A stretch of 64,000 nucleotides of DNA from Candidatus Magasanikiibacteriota bacterium (GTDB lineage: Bacteria > Patescibacteriota > Patescibacteriia > Magasanikbacterales > GWA2-37-8). The notes under the pieces were generated by a model. That model made no database searches, was not told the origin of the DNA, and worked only from the letters and a program-made list of their open reading frames with translations. A program made the translations under genes and the position numbers. Location of the stretch: NCBI GenBank assembly GCA_041666745.1, contig JBAYGI010000004.1:3440-67439 (forward strand), given 5' to 3'. Shown in pieces: positions 10,126 through 17,984 of this stretch (positions are counted from its first letter, which is position 1; each line of letters begins with the position of its first letter).

Positions 10126-10165
10126 AGTGCTATTATTATACTTAATAGCTAACATAAAGTCCAAT

Positions 10166-10636
10166 ATGTCTGAGTTTGAAACACAAAATAGTGAATGGCG
10201 TAGGCGCAATGCGTCTGAGAGTCGCGAAACACAGGTGGAAAATAAGGAAAAACAACCTGATGAACAGGAAAAAAAGGCGGCCGCGCGAGAGCGTGCGGAA
10301 GTGGTCAGCAAAGAAGTTCAGAGCACTCAAAAACAGATGCAAAACATCATGGCCAACATGCAACAGGTGGTAAAAGCCGTGCAGGCCATCCGCACCCAAC
10401 TGCAATTGTCAGATGATGGGTCGATTCCGTCTGTTCAAAGAGATGAAAAAAATATTGAAATTTTGAAAAGAAAACTGGAAAACCTGCGTGGTGAGTTGGG
10501 TGATTTGCGAGTGGCGCTGATTGTTGAGTTAAAAAAGGAGATTGTGGATAATAATAAAAATTTAACCGATCAAGAGGTTGAAAATGAAGCTCAAAAACAG
10601 GCTGACCAACTGTTTTCTCAATTGGGATTGAAATAA
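10166..10636 (+). CDS. Coiled-coil hypothetical protein
   Basis: Heptad-rich ORF divergent from ruvB; start MSEFET at 10166. Confidence 0.7.
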   Translation: MSEFETQNSEWRRRNASESRETQVENKEKQPDEQEKKAAARERAEVVSKEVQSTQKQMQNIMANMQQVVKAVQAIRTQLQLSDDGSIPSVQRDEKNIEILKRKLENLRGELGDLRVALIVELKKEIVDNNKNLTDQEVENEAQKQADQLFSQLGLK

Positions 10637-10677
10637 AATCGCCATACAGGTGTATGGTAGGTTAATGCTTTGTGGAT

Positions 10678-10701
10678 AACTCGTGAATACACGAGTTTTT
10701 T
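10678..10701 (+). terminator. Intrinsic terminator
   Basis: AACTCGTG-AATA-CACGAGTT plus T-tract. Confidence 0.6.
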
Positions 10702-10767
10702 GTTTAGTGTTAGCCTAGTTTGGCAGGCATTTTATGTTGTGGTATAATATGTTGGCTAATTAAAGTA

Positions 10768-10815
10768 ATACTATATATTGTGTTGAAAAATAAATTTCAA
10801 CACAAGCAGTAGTAA
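10768..10815 (+). promoter_or_regulatory. Tandem NrdR boxes upstream of nrdJ
   Basis: ATACTATATATTGTGT (10768-10783) matches the NrdR-box consensus; weaker box ACACAAGCAGTAGTAA starts 32 bp later; TGG-TATAAT extended -10 at 10740-10748. Confidence 0.7.
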
Positions 10816-10848
10816 TAAGCGACATAATGAAAATTAACTATTTTTTAT

Positions 10849-13800
10849 ATGCAGACTGCTACTGCGACCAAAACTTTTAGACTAGACAAGGATTTCAAAT
10901 ATCCTGAAAATGCCATGCATTTTACGCGGCATTATACCAAAGATGATATCAGCCCATTTGATATGTTCGAGTATGAGATGAGATCTTCGGTAATTCGCGA
11001 ACCAAGTGGCAAATTGATTTTTGAAATGAACGATGTTGAAGTTCCAAAACAGTGGTCGCAGGTGGCTACCGATATTTTGGCGCAAAAATATTTTCGTAAA
11101 GCCGGTGTTCCTCAATATGATGACAACGGTTTGCCAAAATTAAACACTGACGGCACTCCGGTTTTGGGTTCGGAAAAAAGCGTAAAGCAAGTAGCTCATC
11201 GTTTGGCCGGTACTTGGAGGTATTGGGGAGAAAAATATGGTTATTTTGCCGGTGCCAAAGATGCGCAGGTGTTTTACGAGGAATTGGTTTACATGATAAT
11301 CAACCAAATGGTGGCTCCAAATTCTCCGCAATGGTTCAACACCGGTTTGTATTGGGCTTATGGTATCAACGGTCCGGCTCAGGGTCACCACTATGTGGAT
11401 CCGGATACCGGAGTATTGACTCGCGCGATTGATTCTTATTCACATCCGCAACCTCATGCCTGCTTCATCCAATCAGTAAAAGATGATCTGGTAAATGAAG
11501 GCGGCATTATGGATTTGTGGGTGCGTGAGGCTCGTTTATTTAAATACGGCAGTGGAACGGGTACAAATTTTTCCAGTTTGCGTGGTGCCAGTGAAAAACT
11601 TTCCGGTGGTGGACAGTCTTCCGGTTTGATGAGTTGGTTGCGAATCGGTGATAGAGCGGCTGGGGCGATTAAATCCGGCGGTACTACTCGTCGCGCGGCA
11701 AAGATGTGTGTTTTGAATATTGATCATCCGGATATTGAAGAATTTGTGAATTGGAAAGTAAGAGAAGAAGACAAAGTAGCCGCTTTGATTGCGGCCGGTT
11801 ATGAGGGTGGTTATGAAGGTGAGGCTTATTTGACAATTTCCGGTCAAAATTCCAACAACACCGTTCGTATCACTCATGATTTCATGGAAGCGATGGTGAA
11901 AGACAATGGTTGGGAATTGCATTGGCGTACCGACGGTCGTTCTTGTAAAAAAATGAAAGCGCGTGATCTGTGGGATCAAATTGCCTATGCGGCTTGGCGT
12001 TGTGCTGATCCGGGGTTGCAGTTTGATACTACAATAAACGACTGGCACACCTGTCTAGCCTCCGGTCGCATCAATGCTTCCAATCCATGTAGTGAATATA
12101 TGTTTTTGGATGATACCGCTTGTAATTTGGCCTCTATAAATTTGGCGCATTATTACGATCCGGAAACTTCTACTTTTGATATTGCCGGTTTCAAATATAC
12201 TACTCGGGCTTGGACGGTTGTTTTGGAAATTAGTATTTTGATGGCTCAATTTCCTAGCGCGGAAATAGCTCAAAATAGTTATGATTTTCGTACATTAGGT
12301 TTGGGTTATGCCAATATTGGTAGTTTGTTGATGACTGCCGGTGTGGCTTATGATTCACCGGAAGCCTTGGCTTTTGCTGGTGCGGTTACTGCACTTATGA
12401 CGGCGGAGTCTTATTCCGCGTCTGCTGAAATGGCCAGTTATTTGGGCACATTTAATAAATATAATGAAAATCGTGAAAATATGTTGCGTGTAATGCGCAA
12501 CCATCGTCGGGCGGTATTCAATGCCCATGAAGATGAATATGAAAATTTGGCGGTGAAGCCGGTGGGTATTGATCCTCAATTTGCTCCTGCCTATTTATTG
12601 GTAGCCGCTCGTGAAAGTTGGAATCGCACTTTGGAAATGGGAGAAAAATATGGTTTTAGAAATGCTCAAACAACTCTATTGGCGCCTACCGGTACGATTG
12701 GTTTGTTGATGGATTGCGCTACTACCGGAGTAGAGCCGGATTTTGCTTTGGTGAAATTCAAAAAATTGGCTGGTGGCGGATATTTCAAAATTGTAAACGA
12801 ATCAGTGCCGGTCGCTATGAAAACTTTGGGTTATGCCGAAAACGAAGTTAGTGATATCGTAGATTATCTCAAAGGCCGTGCCACCCTCAAAGGTTCTCCG
12901 GTAATTAATCATGAAAGTTTGATGCTCAAGGGTTTGACTCAAGAGGAGTTGGACAAAATTGAAAAATCATTGGCAGGCGCGTTTGAATTGCAATTTGCGC
13001 TCAATGCTTGGACTTTGGGTGAAGACACTCTCAAGCGTTTGGGTTTTTCCAGTGAACAATTTTTGGACACCAACTTTAATTTCTTGAAAGCGCTTGGATT
13101 TAGTGATGATGAAATCGAAAAAGCCAATGAGTATGTTTGTGGTGCGATGGCTATCGAAGGCGCGCCATATCTCAAAACAGAACATTACAAAGTTTTTGAT
13201 ACCGCCAATAAAAATGGTAAAAAAGGGAAACGCTTTATTCATTACTTGGGTCATATTCGTATGATGGCGGCGGTACAACCATTTTTGTCCGGAGCAATTT
13301 CCAAAACTATCAACATGCCAAATGAGGCAACTCTCGAAGATGTAAAAATCGCCTACATGGCTTCGTGGAAATTGGGTTTGAAAGCCAACGCAATTTATCG
13401 TGATGGTTGTAAGATGTCTCAACCGCTGGCCAGTAAATCCGATAGTAAAAAAGAAGACAAAGTAGTCGAAGAAAAAATTGTGGAATTGGTGAAAGAAATT
13501 GTGGAAGTTAAAATGGAAAATAAACAGGAAGAAAAGTCTGAAGAAAAAACAATTAAAAAGTTTACTCTTACTAGTCAAGAACAGACGGTGGTCAACCAGG
13601 TTGTCGATGAAAATCAAGCACAGATTAGTTATGCGCACGATGGCACCAACAAAGGCACAAAGATTTACATCCACGGAGAGCAACGCAAGATGCCATACAA
13701 ACGCAGTGGTATCACTATCAAGGCAAAAGTGGCCGGACAGAAAATATTTTTGCGTACCGGTGAATATCCGGATGGTCGTTTGGGAGAAGTGTTTATAGAT

Positions 13801-14331
13801 ATGTATCGCGAGGGGGCGGCGTTTAGAAGTTTGTTAAATTTATTTGCTATTTCTATTTCTACCGGTTTGCAATATGGTATTCCACTTGAAGAATATGTAG
13901 ATAAATTTACCTTCACTCGTTTTGAACCGAGCGGTATGACCGACCATCCAAATATTCGCAACTGTACTTCTATTATTGATTTTGTTTTCCGAGTATTGGG
14001 TATGGAATATTTGGGAAGAACAGATTTTGTACAAGTAAAACCAACCGGTATTCAAAAAAATCGCGCGCAACAATTGGATAAAATGTTTACTGAAATACAG
14101 GGACAAAAATCTATGACTTTTAAGGAGAGCGAAGCTGATGAAGTGGAAAAACAAAAAATAGTTTTAAAAGTAGATGAGGAAAAAGATCCATTTGTGATGT
14201 CGGCGGCCGACCAGATGTTGGCCAATATGATGGGCGACGCCCCACCATGTTCGACTTGCGGGCACATGACTATTCGTAATGGCAGTTGTTACAAATGTTT
14301 GAACTGTGGAAGTACTACCGGGTGTAGTTAA
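10849..14331 (+). CDS. nrdJ: Class II (adenosylcobalamin-dependent) ribonucleotide reductase
   Basis: 'PNSPQWFN', 'PHACFIQSV', 'SNPCSEY', 'LLAPTGTI', 'GAISKTINMP', C-terminal TSCPD-like domain and CxxC..CxxC; no intein seen. Confidence 0.96.
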   Translation: MQTATATKTFRLDKDFKYPENAMHFTRHYTKDDISPFDMFEYEMRSSVIREPSGKLIFEMNDVEVPKQWSQVATDILAQKYFRKAGVPQYDDNGLPKLNTDGTPVLGSEKSVKQVAHRLAGTWRYWGEKYGYFAGAKDAQVFYEELVYMIINQMVAPNSPQWFNTGLYWAYGINGPAQGHHYVDPDTGVLTRAIDSYSHPQPHACFIQSVKDDLVNEGGIMDLWVREARLFKYGSGTGTNFSSLRGASEKLSGGGQSSGLMSWLRIGDRAAGAIKSGGTTRRAAKMCVLNIDHPDIEEFVNWKVREEDKVAALIAAGYEGGYEGEAYLTISGQNSNNTVRITHDFMEAMVKDNGWELHWRTDGRSCKKMKARDLWDQIAYAAWRCADPGLQFDTTINDWHTCLASGRINASNPCSEYMFLDDTACNLASINLAHYYDPETSTFDIAGFKYTTRAWTVVLEISILMAQFPSAEIAQNSYDFRTLGLGYANIGSLLMTAGVAYDSPEALAFAGAVTALMTAESYSASAEMASYLGTFNKYNENRENMLRVMRNHRRAVFNAHEDEYENLAVKPVGIDPQFAPAYLLVAARESWNRTLEMGEKYGFRNAQTTLLAPTGTIGLLMDCATTGVEPDFALVKFKKLAGGGYFKIVNESVPVAMKTLGYAENEVSDIVDYLKGRATLKGSPVINHESLMLKGLTQEELDKIEKSLAGAFELQFALNAWTLGEDTLKRLGFSSEQFLDTNFNFLKALGFSDDEIEKANEYVCGAMAIEGAPYLKTEHYKVFDTANKNGKKGKRFIHYLGHIRMMAAVQPFLSGAISKTINMPNEATLEDVKIAYMASWKLGLKANAIYRDGCKMSQPLASKSDSKKEDKVVEEKIVELVKEIVEVKMENKQEEKSEEKTIKKFTLTSQEQTVVNQVVDENQAQISYAHDGTNKGTKIYIHGEQRKMPYKRSGITIKAKVAGQKIFLRTGEYPDGRLGEVFIDMYREGAAFRSLLNLFAISISTGLQYGIPLEEYVDKFTFTRFEPSGMTDHPNIRNCTSIIDFVFRVLGMEYLGRTDFVQVKPTGIQKNRAQQLDKMFTEIQGQKSMTFKESEADEVEKQKIVLKVDEEKDPFVMSAADQMLANMMGDAPPCSTCGHMTIRNGSCYKCLNCGSTTGCS

Positions 14332-14357
14332 AAGTATAAGGCATGCTTGTAGTGGTG

Positions 14358-14382
14358 AACCCCGTCTTGATGACGGGGTTTT
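14358..14382 (+). terminator. nrdJ intrinsic terminator
   Basis: AACCCCGTC-TTGAT-GACGGGGTT-TT. Confidence 0.65.
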
Positions 14383-14478
14383 GGTTTCAAAAAACCACCT
14401 GTCGCCAATAAATTCAAATTTTTAAATTCATTGGCGAATGCAGGTGGTGATGAGACCTCCCGCATTCGGTTGCGGGAG
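14383..14478 (-). other. Structured 3' trailer of cassette B (two hairpins)
   Basis: 75-nt imperfect hairpin 14383-14457 (GGTTTCA/TGAGACC, ACCACCTG/CAGGTGGT, TCGCCAAT/ATTGGCGA) and CTCCCGCA/TGCGGGAG at 14457-14478. Confidence 0.6.
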
Positions 14479-14496
14479 AAAAAGAGCGGGGTGGTG

Positions 14497-14895
14497 TTAG
14501 ACCAGAACGAACGGGTGGATGTCCTGGTCATTCTCGTTGAATGCCTCGTTGGCATAATAGACGAGAACGGAACCGGGCGCCAGTACGAAGGCGTGTGCAG
14601 TGCCAGGCTCGACCATCACGTGGAAGGGGGCGGAGATGGCGGTGTGTTGGACGTCGAGGACGAACATCTTGGTGTCGGCATGAAGGAACAACCCGTTTCC
14701 ATGCTTGAGATCAAACGTCTCGGTCGTCCTCTCGTGGAAGTGGTTTCCGAGCGGAAACGCACTTTTCACCACCAGCACCTTGACTGAGAAGCCGACTTCT
14801 GGGCAATTTAGTTCGAAAATGGCTCGTCGACCATCTTCGTGCACCTTGGTAAATCCACGTGCGAGTATTGCCCTCACTTGGTCTTCTACATTCAT
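14497..14895 (-). CDS. RmlC-like cupin (WxcM/FdtA-like sugar isomerase fold); GC-richer cassette B
   Basis: 'HEDGRRAIFE', 'GNHFHERTTETF', 'VEPGTAHAF', 'YYANEAFNENDQD'. Confidence 0.75.
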   Translation of the reverse strand: MNVEDQVRAILARGFTKVHEDGRRAIFELNCPEVGFSVKVLVVKSAFPLGNHFHERTTETFDLKHGNGLFLHADTKMFVLDVQHTAISAPFHVMVEPGTAHAFVLAPGSVLVYYANEAFNENDQDIHPFVLV

Positions 14896-14909
14896 GACGT
14901 ATCATCCAA

Positions 14910-14927
14910 AGCCCAATGTAGCGGGCA
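14910..14927 (-). repeat. Conserved cassette leader hairpin, copy 1
   Basis: TGCCCGCTACATTGGGCT on - strand; 16/18 identical to 17471-17488. Confidence 0.7.
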
Positions 14928-14937
14928 GGATGTTTTT

Positions 14938-14988
14938 TAAATACCATATTTTGACCAATTTGTCAATATTGGAAGGATTGTGTAGAAT
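14938..14988. promoter_or_regulatory. Back-to-back promoters sharing the -35 region
   Basis: - strand TTGACA(14966-14961)-17-TATTTA; + strand TTGTCA(14960)-17-TAGAAT. Confidence 0.6.
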
Positions 14989-15018
14989 ACCAATTATGAA
15001 ATTTGTAATAAATATTTT

Positions 15019-15558
15019 ATGACAAAAATATATACCAAAACCGGTGACAGTGGCGAGACAACTTTGCTTGGCGGTGAACGTGTTACCAAGGATTGTATTA
15101 CTCTACAAGTGGTGGGAGAGATTGACGAACTCAATTCCAAGTTGGGTGAGGTGGTCGCGCATTTGTGGGAGGAAGAGCCGGTTGATTTTTTAAAAAAAAT
15201 TCAAGGTGATCTTTTTAAGGCGGGGGCTGAAGTGGCCAGTTTGCAAACGGAATTTAATTCTAAAATAATAATAATCGGCCAAGAAGAAATTGAGGAGTTG
15301 GAAAATAATATCGATGCCTATGCCGAACAGCTACCTGAATTAACAAACTTTATTTTACCCGGTGGAAATTTATCGGCCGCGCATTTGCATCACGCTCGTA
15401 CTATTTGTCGTCGGGTGGAGCGAGTGTTGGTAATGTTGGGAAAAGAAAAAAAAGTGCGTCCGGAATTGTATAAATATTTTAATAGATTGAGTGATTATTT
15501 TTTTATTGCGGCGAGGTGGATAAACTTTAATGATGGGGTGGAGGAACATAAAGTTTAA
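15019..15558 (+). CDS. ATP:cob(I)alamin adenosyltransferase (PduO/MMAB type)
   Basis: 'KIYTKTGDSGET', 'GEIDELNS', 'FILPGG', 'ARTICRRVER', 'NRLSDYFF'. Confidence 0.95.
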   Translation: MTKIYTKTGDSGETTLLGGERVTKDCITLQVVGEIDELNSKLGEVVAHLWEEEPVDFLKKIQGDLFKAGAEVASLQTEFNSKIIIIGQEEIEELENNIDAYAEQLPELTNFILPGGNLSAAHLHHARTICRRVERVLVMLGKEKKVRPELYKYFNRLSDYFFIAARWINFNDGVEEHKV

Positions 15559-15597
15559 GCGTGTATTAGCAAATTTTTTATTCACATATTTGCAGGC

Positions 15598-15626
15598 TTG
15601 ACATTGTGCACTTTTAAAATTACAAT
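15598..15626 (+). promoter_or_regulatory. Near-consensus sigma70 promoter
   Basis: TTGACA-17-TACAAT. Confidence 0.8.
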
Positions 15627-15632
15627 GGACAA

Positions 15633-15801
15633 GACTTTTCTCTACAGAGTTGCGACAGATTTGATGTTTCAATCGGATCGGATTCTGAAAACATTCTCTC
15701 TCCATTTCCTTTATAATTTATTATCTTGGAATGGCGTTTTCTAGATTTGATTCGCAAATTAATACATGCAGATCTGCTCGCAGCTCTGTGGAGAAAAAAT
15801 C
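15633..15801 (+). ncRNA. Rod-shaped ncRNA candidate (6S-like?)
   Basis: Starts 7 nt after a strong -10; 19-bp closing stem TTTTCTCTACAGAGTTGCG/CGCAGCTCTGTGGAGAAAA with G-U pairs plus nested inner helices; no credible ORF. Confidence 0.55.
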
Positions 15802-15805
15802 AATT

Positions 15806-15831
15806 GCCCAGGTGGTGTAATGGTAGCCACG
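15806..15831 (+). pseudogene. 5' fragment of a tRNA (Leu-like): acceptor 5' strand plus D-arm
   Basis: GCCCAGG-TG-GTG-TAATGGTAGC-CAC-G, ends before the anticodon stem. Confidence 0.7.
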
Positions 15832-15881
15832 TGATAAGGTATATTGTAATGCGTATGCTATTATGATATACTTTATTTATT

Positions 15882-16352
15882 ATGAGACCAAAAAAATGGA
15901 CAGAGCAACAGCTTAGAGAAATTGTTCCAACAGTTACTAGTGTGCGTCAAGTTTTAAGAGAACTTGGGCTTAAAGAAGCTGGTGGAAATTATGCGCAGAT
16001 AAAAAAATTTTTAAAAGAATATAAAATAGATATCTTGCATTTTACTGGTGTTGGTTGGAATATAGGAATGAAAATGCAGATTAACACAGCTAAACCGTTA
16101 AAAGAAATACTGATTAAAAATAGTAGTTATCAAAGTTTTAAGTTAAAAAAAAGATTGTTTGCAGAGAAAATAAAAAAACCATATTGTGAATTGTGTGGAT
16201 GGGCAAAGTTGTCGATAGACGGTCGAGTACCTTTAGAGTTAGATCATATAAATGGTGATCACTCAGATAATAGGATTGACAATTTACGAATTTTATGTCC
16301 TAATTGTCACAGTTTACAGTTAACTCATAGAGGTAGAAACAGAAAAAAATAA
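15882..16352 (+). CDS. Free-standing HNH endonuclease
   Basis: 'CELCG..LELDHINGDHSDNRIDNLRILCPNCHS' with HTH-like N-terminus; between a tRNA fragment and tRNA-Leu. Confidence 0.92.
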   Translation: MRPKKWTEQQLREIVPTVTSVRQVLRELGLKEAGGNYAQIKKFLKEYKIDILHFTGVGWNIGMKMQINTAKPLKEILIKNSSYQSFKLKKRLFAEKIKKPYCELCGWAKLSIDGRVPLELDHINGDHSDNRIDNLRILCPNCHSLQLTHRGRNRKK

Positions 16353-16357
16353 AATAT

Positions 16358-16438
16358 GCTCAGGTGGCGGAATGGTCTACGCAAGAGACTTAAAATCTCT
16401 CGCCGCAAGGCTTGCGGGTTCGAGTCCCGCCCTGAGCA
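16358..16438 (+). tRNA. tRNA-Leu (TAA)
   Basis: Acceptor GCTCAGG/CCTGAGC, anticodon arm AGAGA-CTTAAAA-TCTCT, variable arm GCC-GCAA-GGC, T-arm GCGGG-TTCGAGT-CCCGC; CCA not encoded. Confidence 0.95.
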
Positions 16439-16440
16439 CT

Positions 16441-16471
16441 AAAAATACTACTTTTATGAAGTAGTATTTTT
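16441..16471 (+). terminator. Terminator after tRNA-Leu
   Basis: AAAAATACTACTT-TTATG-AAGTAGTATTTTT. Confidence 0.65.
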
Positions 16472-16530
16472 ATTTGTTGTGTTATTAAAATCGTGATACT
16501 ATTACTCTTTATCCTAAGTAAATAATTTTT

Positions 16531-17400
16531 ATGCCTCCAGATAAATATTCCGCTGTTTGGGTTTCACACACCTCTATTTCTGATTTTTTGAAATGTCCGC
16601 GGGCTTATTTTTTGAAAAATGTTTATCGCGATCCAGCGACCAAACACAAAATAAAAATAATGTCGCCGACGTTGGCTTTGGGGCAGTGTGTGCATGAGGT
16701 TTTGGAATCATTGTCGCAGTTGCCTCGTGGGGGTCGGTTTAGTGAGCCGTTGCCAAATAAATTTGAAAAAGTTTGGGAAAAAATAAAAGGAGAAAAAGGC
16801 GGGTTTCCAAACGATGACACTGAATATCAATATAAAAAACGTGGCTTGGACATGTTGGCGCGCGTGTATAATCATCCGGGACCAATAAACAATCTGTCAG
16901 TAAAAATTCAAATGGATTTGCCGTATTATTGGTTGTCCGAAGAAGATAATATAATTTTGTGCGGTAAAGTCGATTGGCTGGAATATTTTCCAGACACAGA
17001 TAGTGTACACATCATAGATTTCAAGACCGGTAAAATTCAGGAAGAAGAAAGTTCGTTGCAGTTGCCGATATATAGTTTGTTGGTTTCCAAATGTCAAAAA
17101 AGAAAAGCCACCAAGGCCAGTTATTGGTATTTGGCGGAAAATGATAACCTAACTGAAAAACCATTACCGGATTTGGAAGAATCGGAGAAAAAAATATTGG
17201 AGATCGCCAGACAGATGAAAGTGGCTCGACAGATTAACCGTTTCAAATGCCCGAATGGCGAAGATGGATGTTTTGCTTGCAAGCCGTTTGAATCCATACT
17301 AAATAAGACGGCCAAATTGGTCGGCCAAGATGAATATGGCGCCGATGTCTACATTATTGATAGTATTGAGAAAGAAAACAGGGAAGGGGAGATTTTGTAA
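16531..17400 (+). CDS. PD-(D/E)XK nuclease (RecB/AddB/Cas4-like)
   Basis: 'SHTSISDFLKCPRAY', 'GQCVHEVLE', 'GKVD..IIDFKTGK', 'QLPIY', C-terminal C..CxxC. Confidence 0.88.
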   Translation: MPPDKYSAVWVSHTSISDFLKCPRAYFLKNVYRDPATKHKIKIMSPTLALGQCVHEVLESLSQLPRGGRFSEPLPNKFEKVWEKIKGEKGGFPNDDTEYQYKKRGLDMLARVYNHPGPINNLSVKIQMDLPYYWLSEEDNIILCGKVDWLEYFPDTDSVHIIDFKTGKIQEEESSLQLPIYSLLVSKCQKRKATKASYWYLAENDNLTEKPLPDLEESEKKILEIARQMKVARQINRFKCPNGEDGCFACKPFESILNKTAKLVGQDEYGADVYIIDSIEKENREGEIL

Positions 17401-17433
17401 ATAAAAAATATGTTTAAAATCGGCTGTCTTGCG

Positions 17434-17461
17434 TTGACAAGCCGGTTTTTTGTGATATAGA
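17434..17461 (+). promoter_or_regulatory. Promoter of cassette C, embedded in the upstream hairpin
   Basis: TTGACA(17434)-16-TATAGA with TG extension; -35 lies in the hairpin AAAATCGGCT..AGCCGGTTTT. Confidence 0.5.
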
Positions 17462-17470
17462 AATTATGCA

Positions 17471-17488
17471 TGCCCGCGACGTTGGGCT
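17471..17488 (+). repeat. Conserved cassette leader hairpin, copy 2
   Basis: TGCCCGCGACGTTGGGCT; 16/18 identical to the reverse complement of 14910-14927. Confidence 0.7.
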
Positions 17489-17504
17489 GTGAGGAAAGAG
17501 TCAA

Positions 17505-17858
17505 ATGAGGAGCTTCTGGGAAAAAAACAAAGTACACGTGGTGATATACATGTTCATCGTCGTTAGTGTCGCCCTGTTCGTGTGGCATGGTGAGTTTTTG
17601 GATGGTCTTCGACTCGAACGCGAGAAGATCGTCGTAGAACAAGCCTTGGCCAAGCAGGCACGAGCTAAGATGGTCGCCAAGGAGGAGGTGATCGACTCGC
17701 TTCAGTATTTCCGTGATCCGCGAGATCCGCTTGACCCGAGATGTTTCTTGTCGGTTGGGTTGGGGGCTGCGACCGGTGTGACACTTCTCGTGTCCGTTGA
17801 CTGCGCTTCGATCCCGCCAGATCTCCTGCGAGATGTGTTTTCACCCAAGCAGGAGTAG
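17505..17858 (+). CDS. Small membrane-anchored hypothetical protein; GC-richer cassette C
   Basis: N-terminal TM, 'LQYFRDPR..CF..VDC' C-terminal domain with two Cys; GAGGA SD-like site. Confidence 0.7.
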   Translation: MRSFWEKNKVHVVIYMFIVVSVALFVWHGEFLDGLRLEREKIVVEQALAKQARAKMVAKEEVIDSLQYFRDPRDPLDPRCFLSVGLGAATGVTLLVSVDCASIPPDLLRDVFSPKQE

Positions 17859-17984
17859 GGCGTGTGGGGCAACTGTTCTTTCAACTATGTTTTTGAATGC
17901 CCATTCCCGCCAATAACTTGGCGAGATGGTATCCAAAAGCATGAGCTGGAGAGGGTGGGAGTTTCGGCTCTGCGCCTCTCCAAA

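Noticed and set aside
14446-14485. Second hammerhead-like string GTGATGAG...hairpin...GAAAA on the + strand
   Set aside because: C3 is replaced by G, no G-C pair closes stem II next to GAAA, and no stem I or III with an NUH site can be formed
14340-14502. attC-like integron site: the cassette B stop codon lies in GTCTAAC (RYYYAAC) and is followed by imperfect hairpins
   Set aside because: No complementary GTTRRRY end, the other cassettes lack RYYYAAC, the cassettes are not in an array and there is no integron integrase in the window
15806-16438. Group I intron in a tRNA-Leu gene encoding the HNH protein
   Set aside because: There is no room for an intron core around the ORF, the break is not in the anticodon loop, and the downstream tRNA is complete by itself
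16531-17400. Cas4-like nuclease suggesting a CRISPR system
   Set aside because: No repeat-spacer array and no other cas genes in the window; solo PD-(D/E)XK nucleases are common
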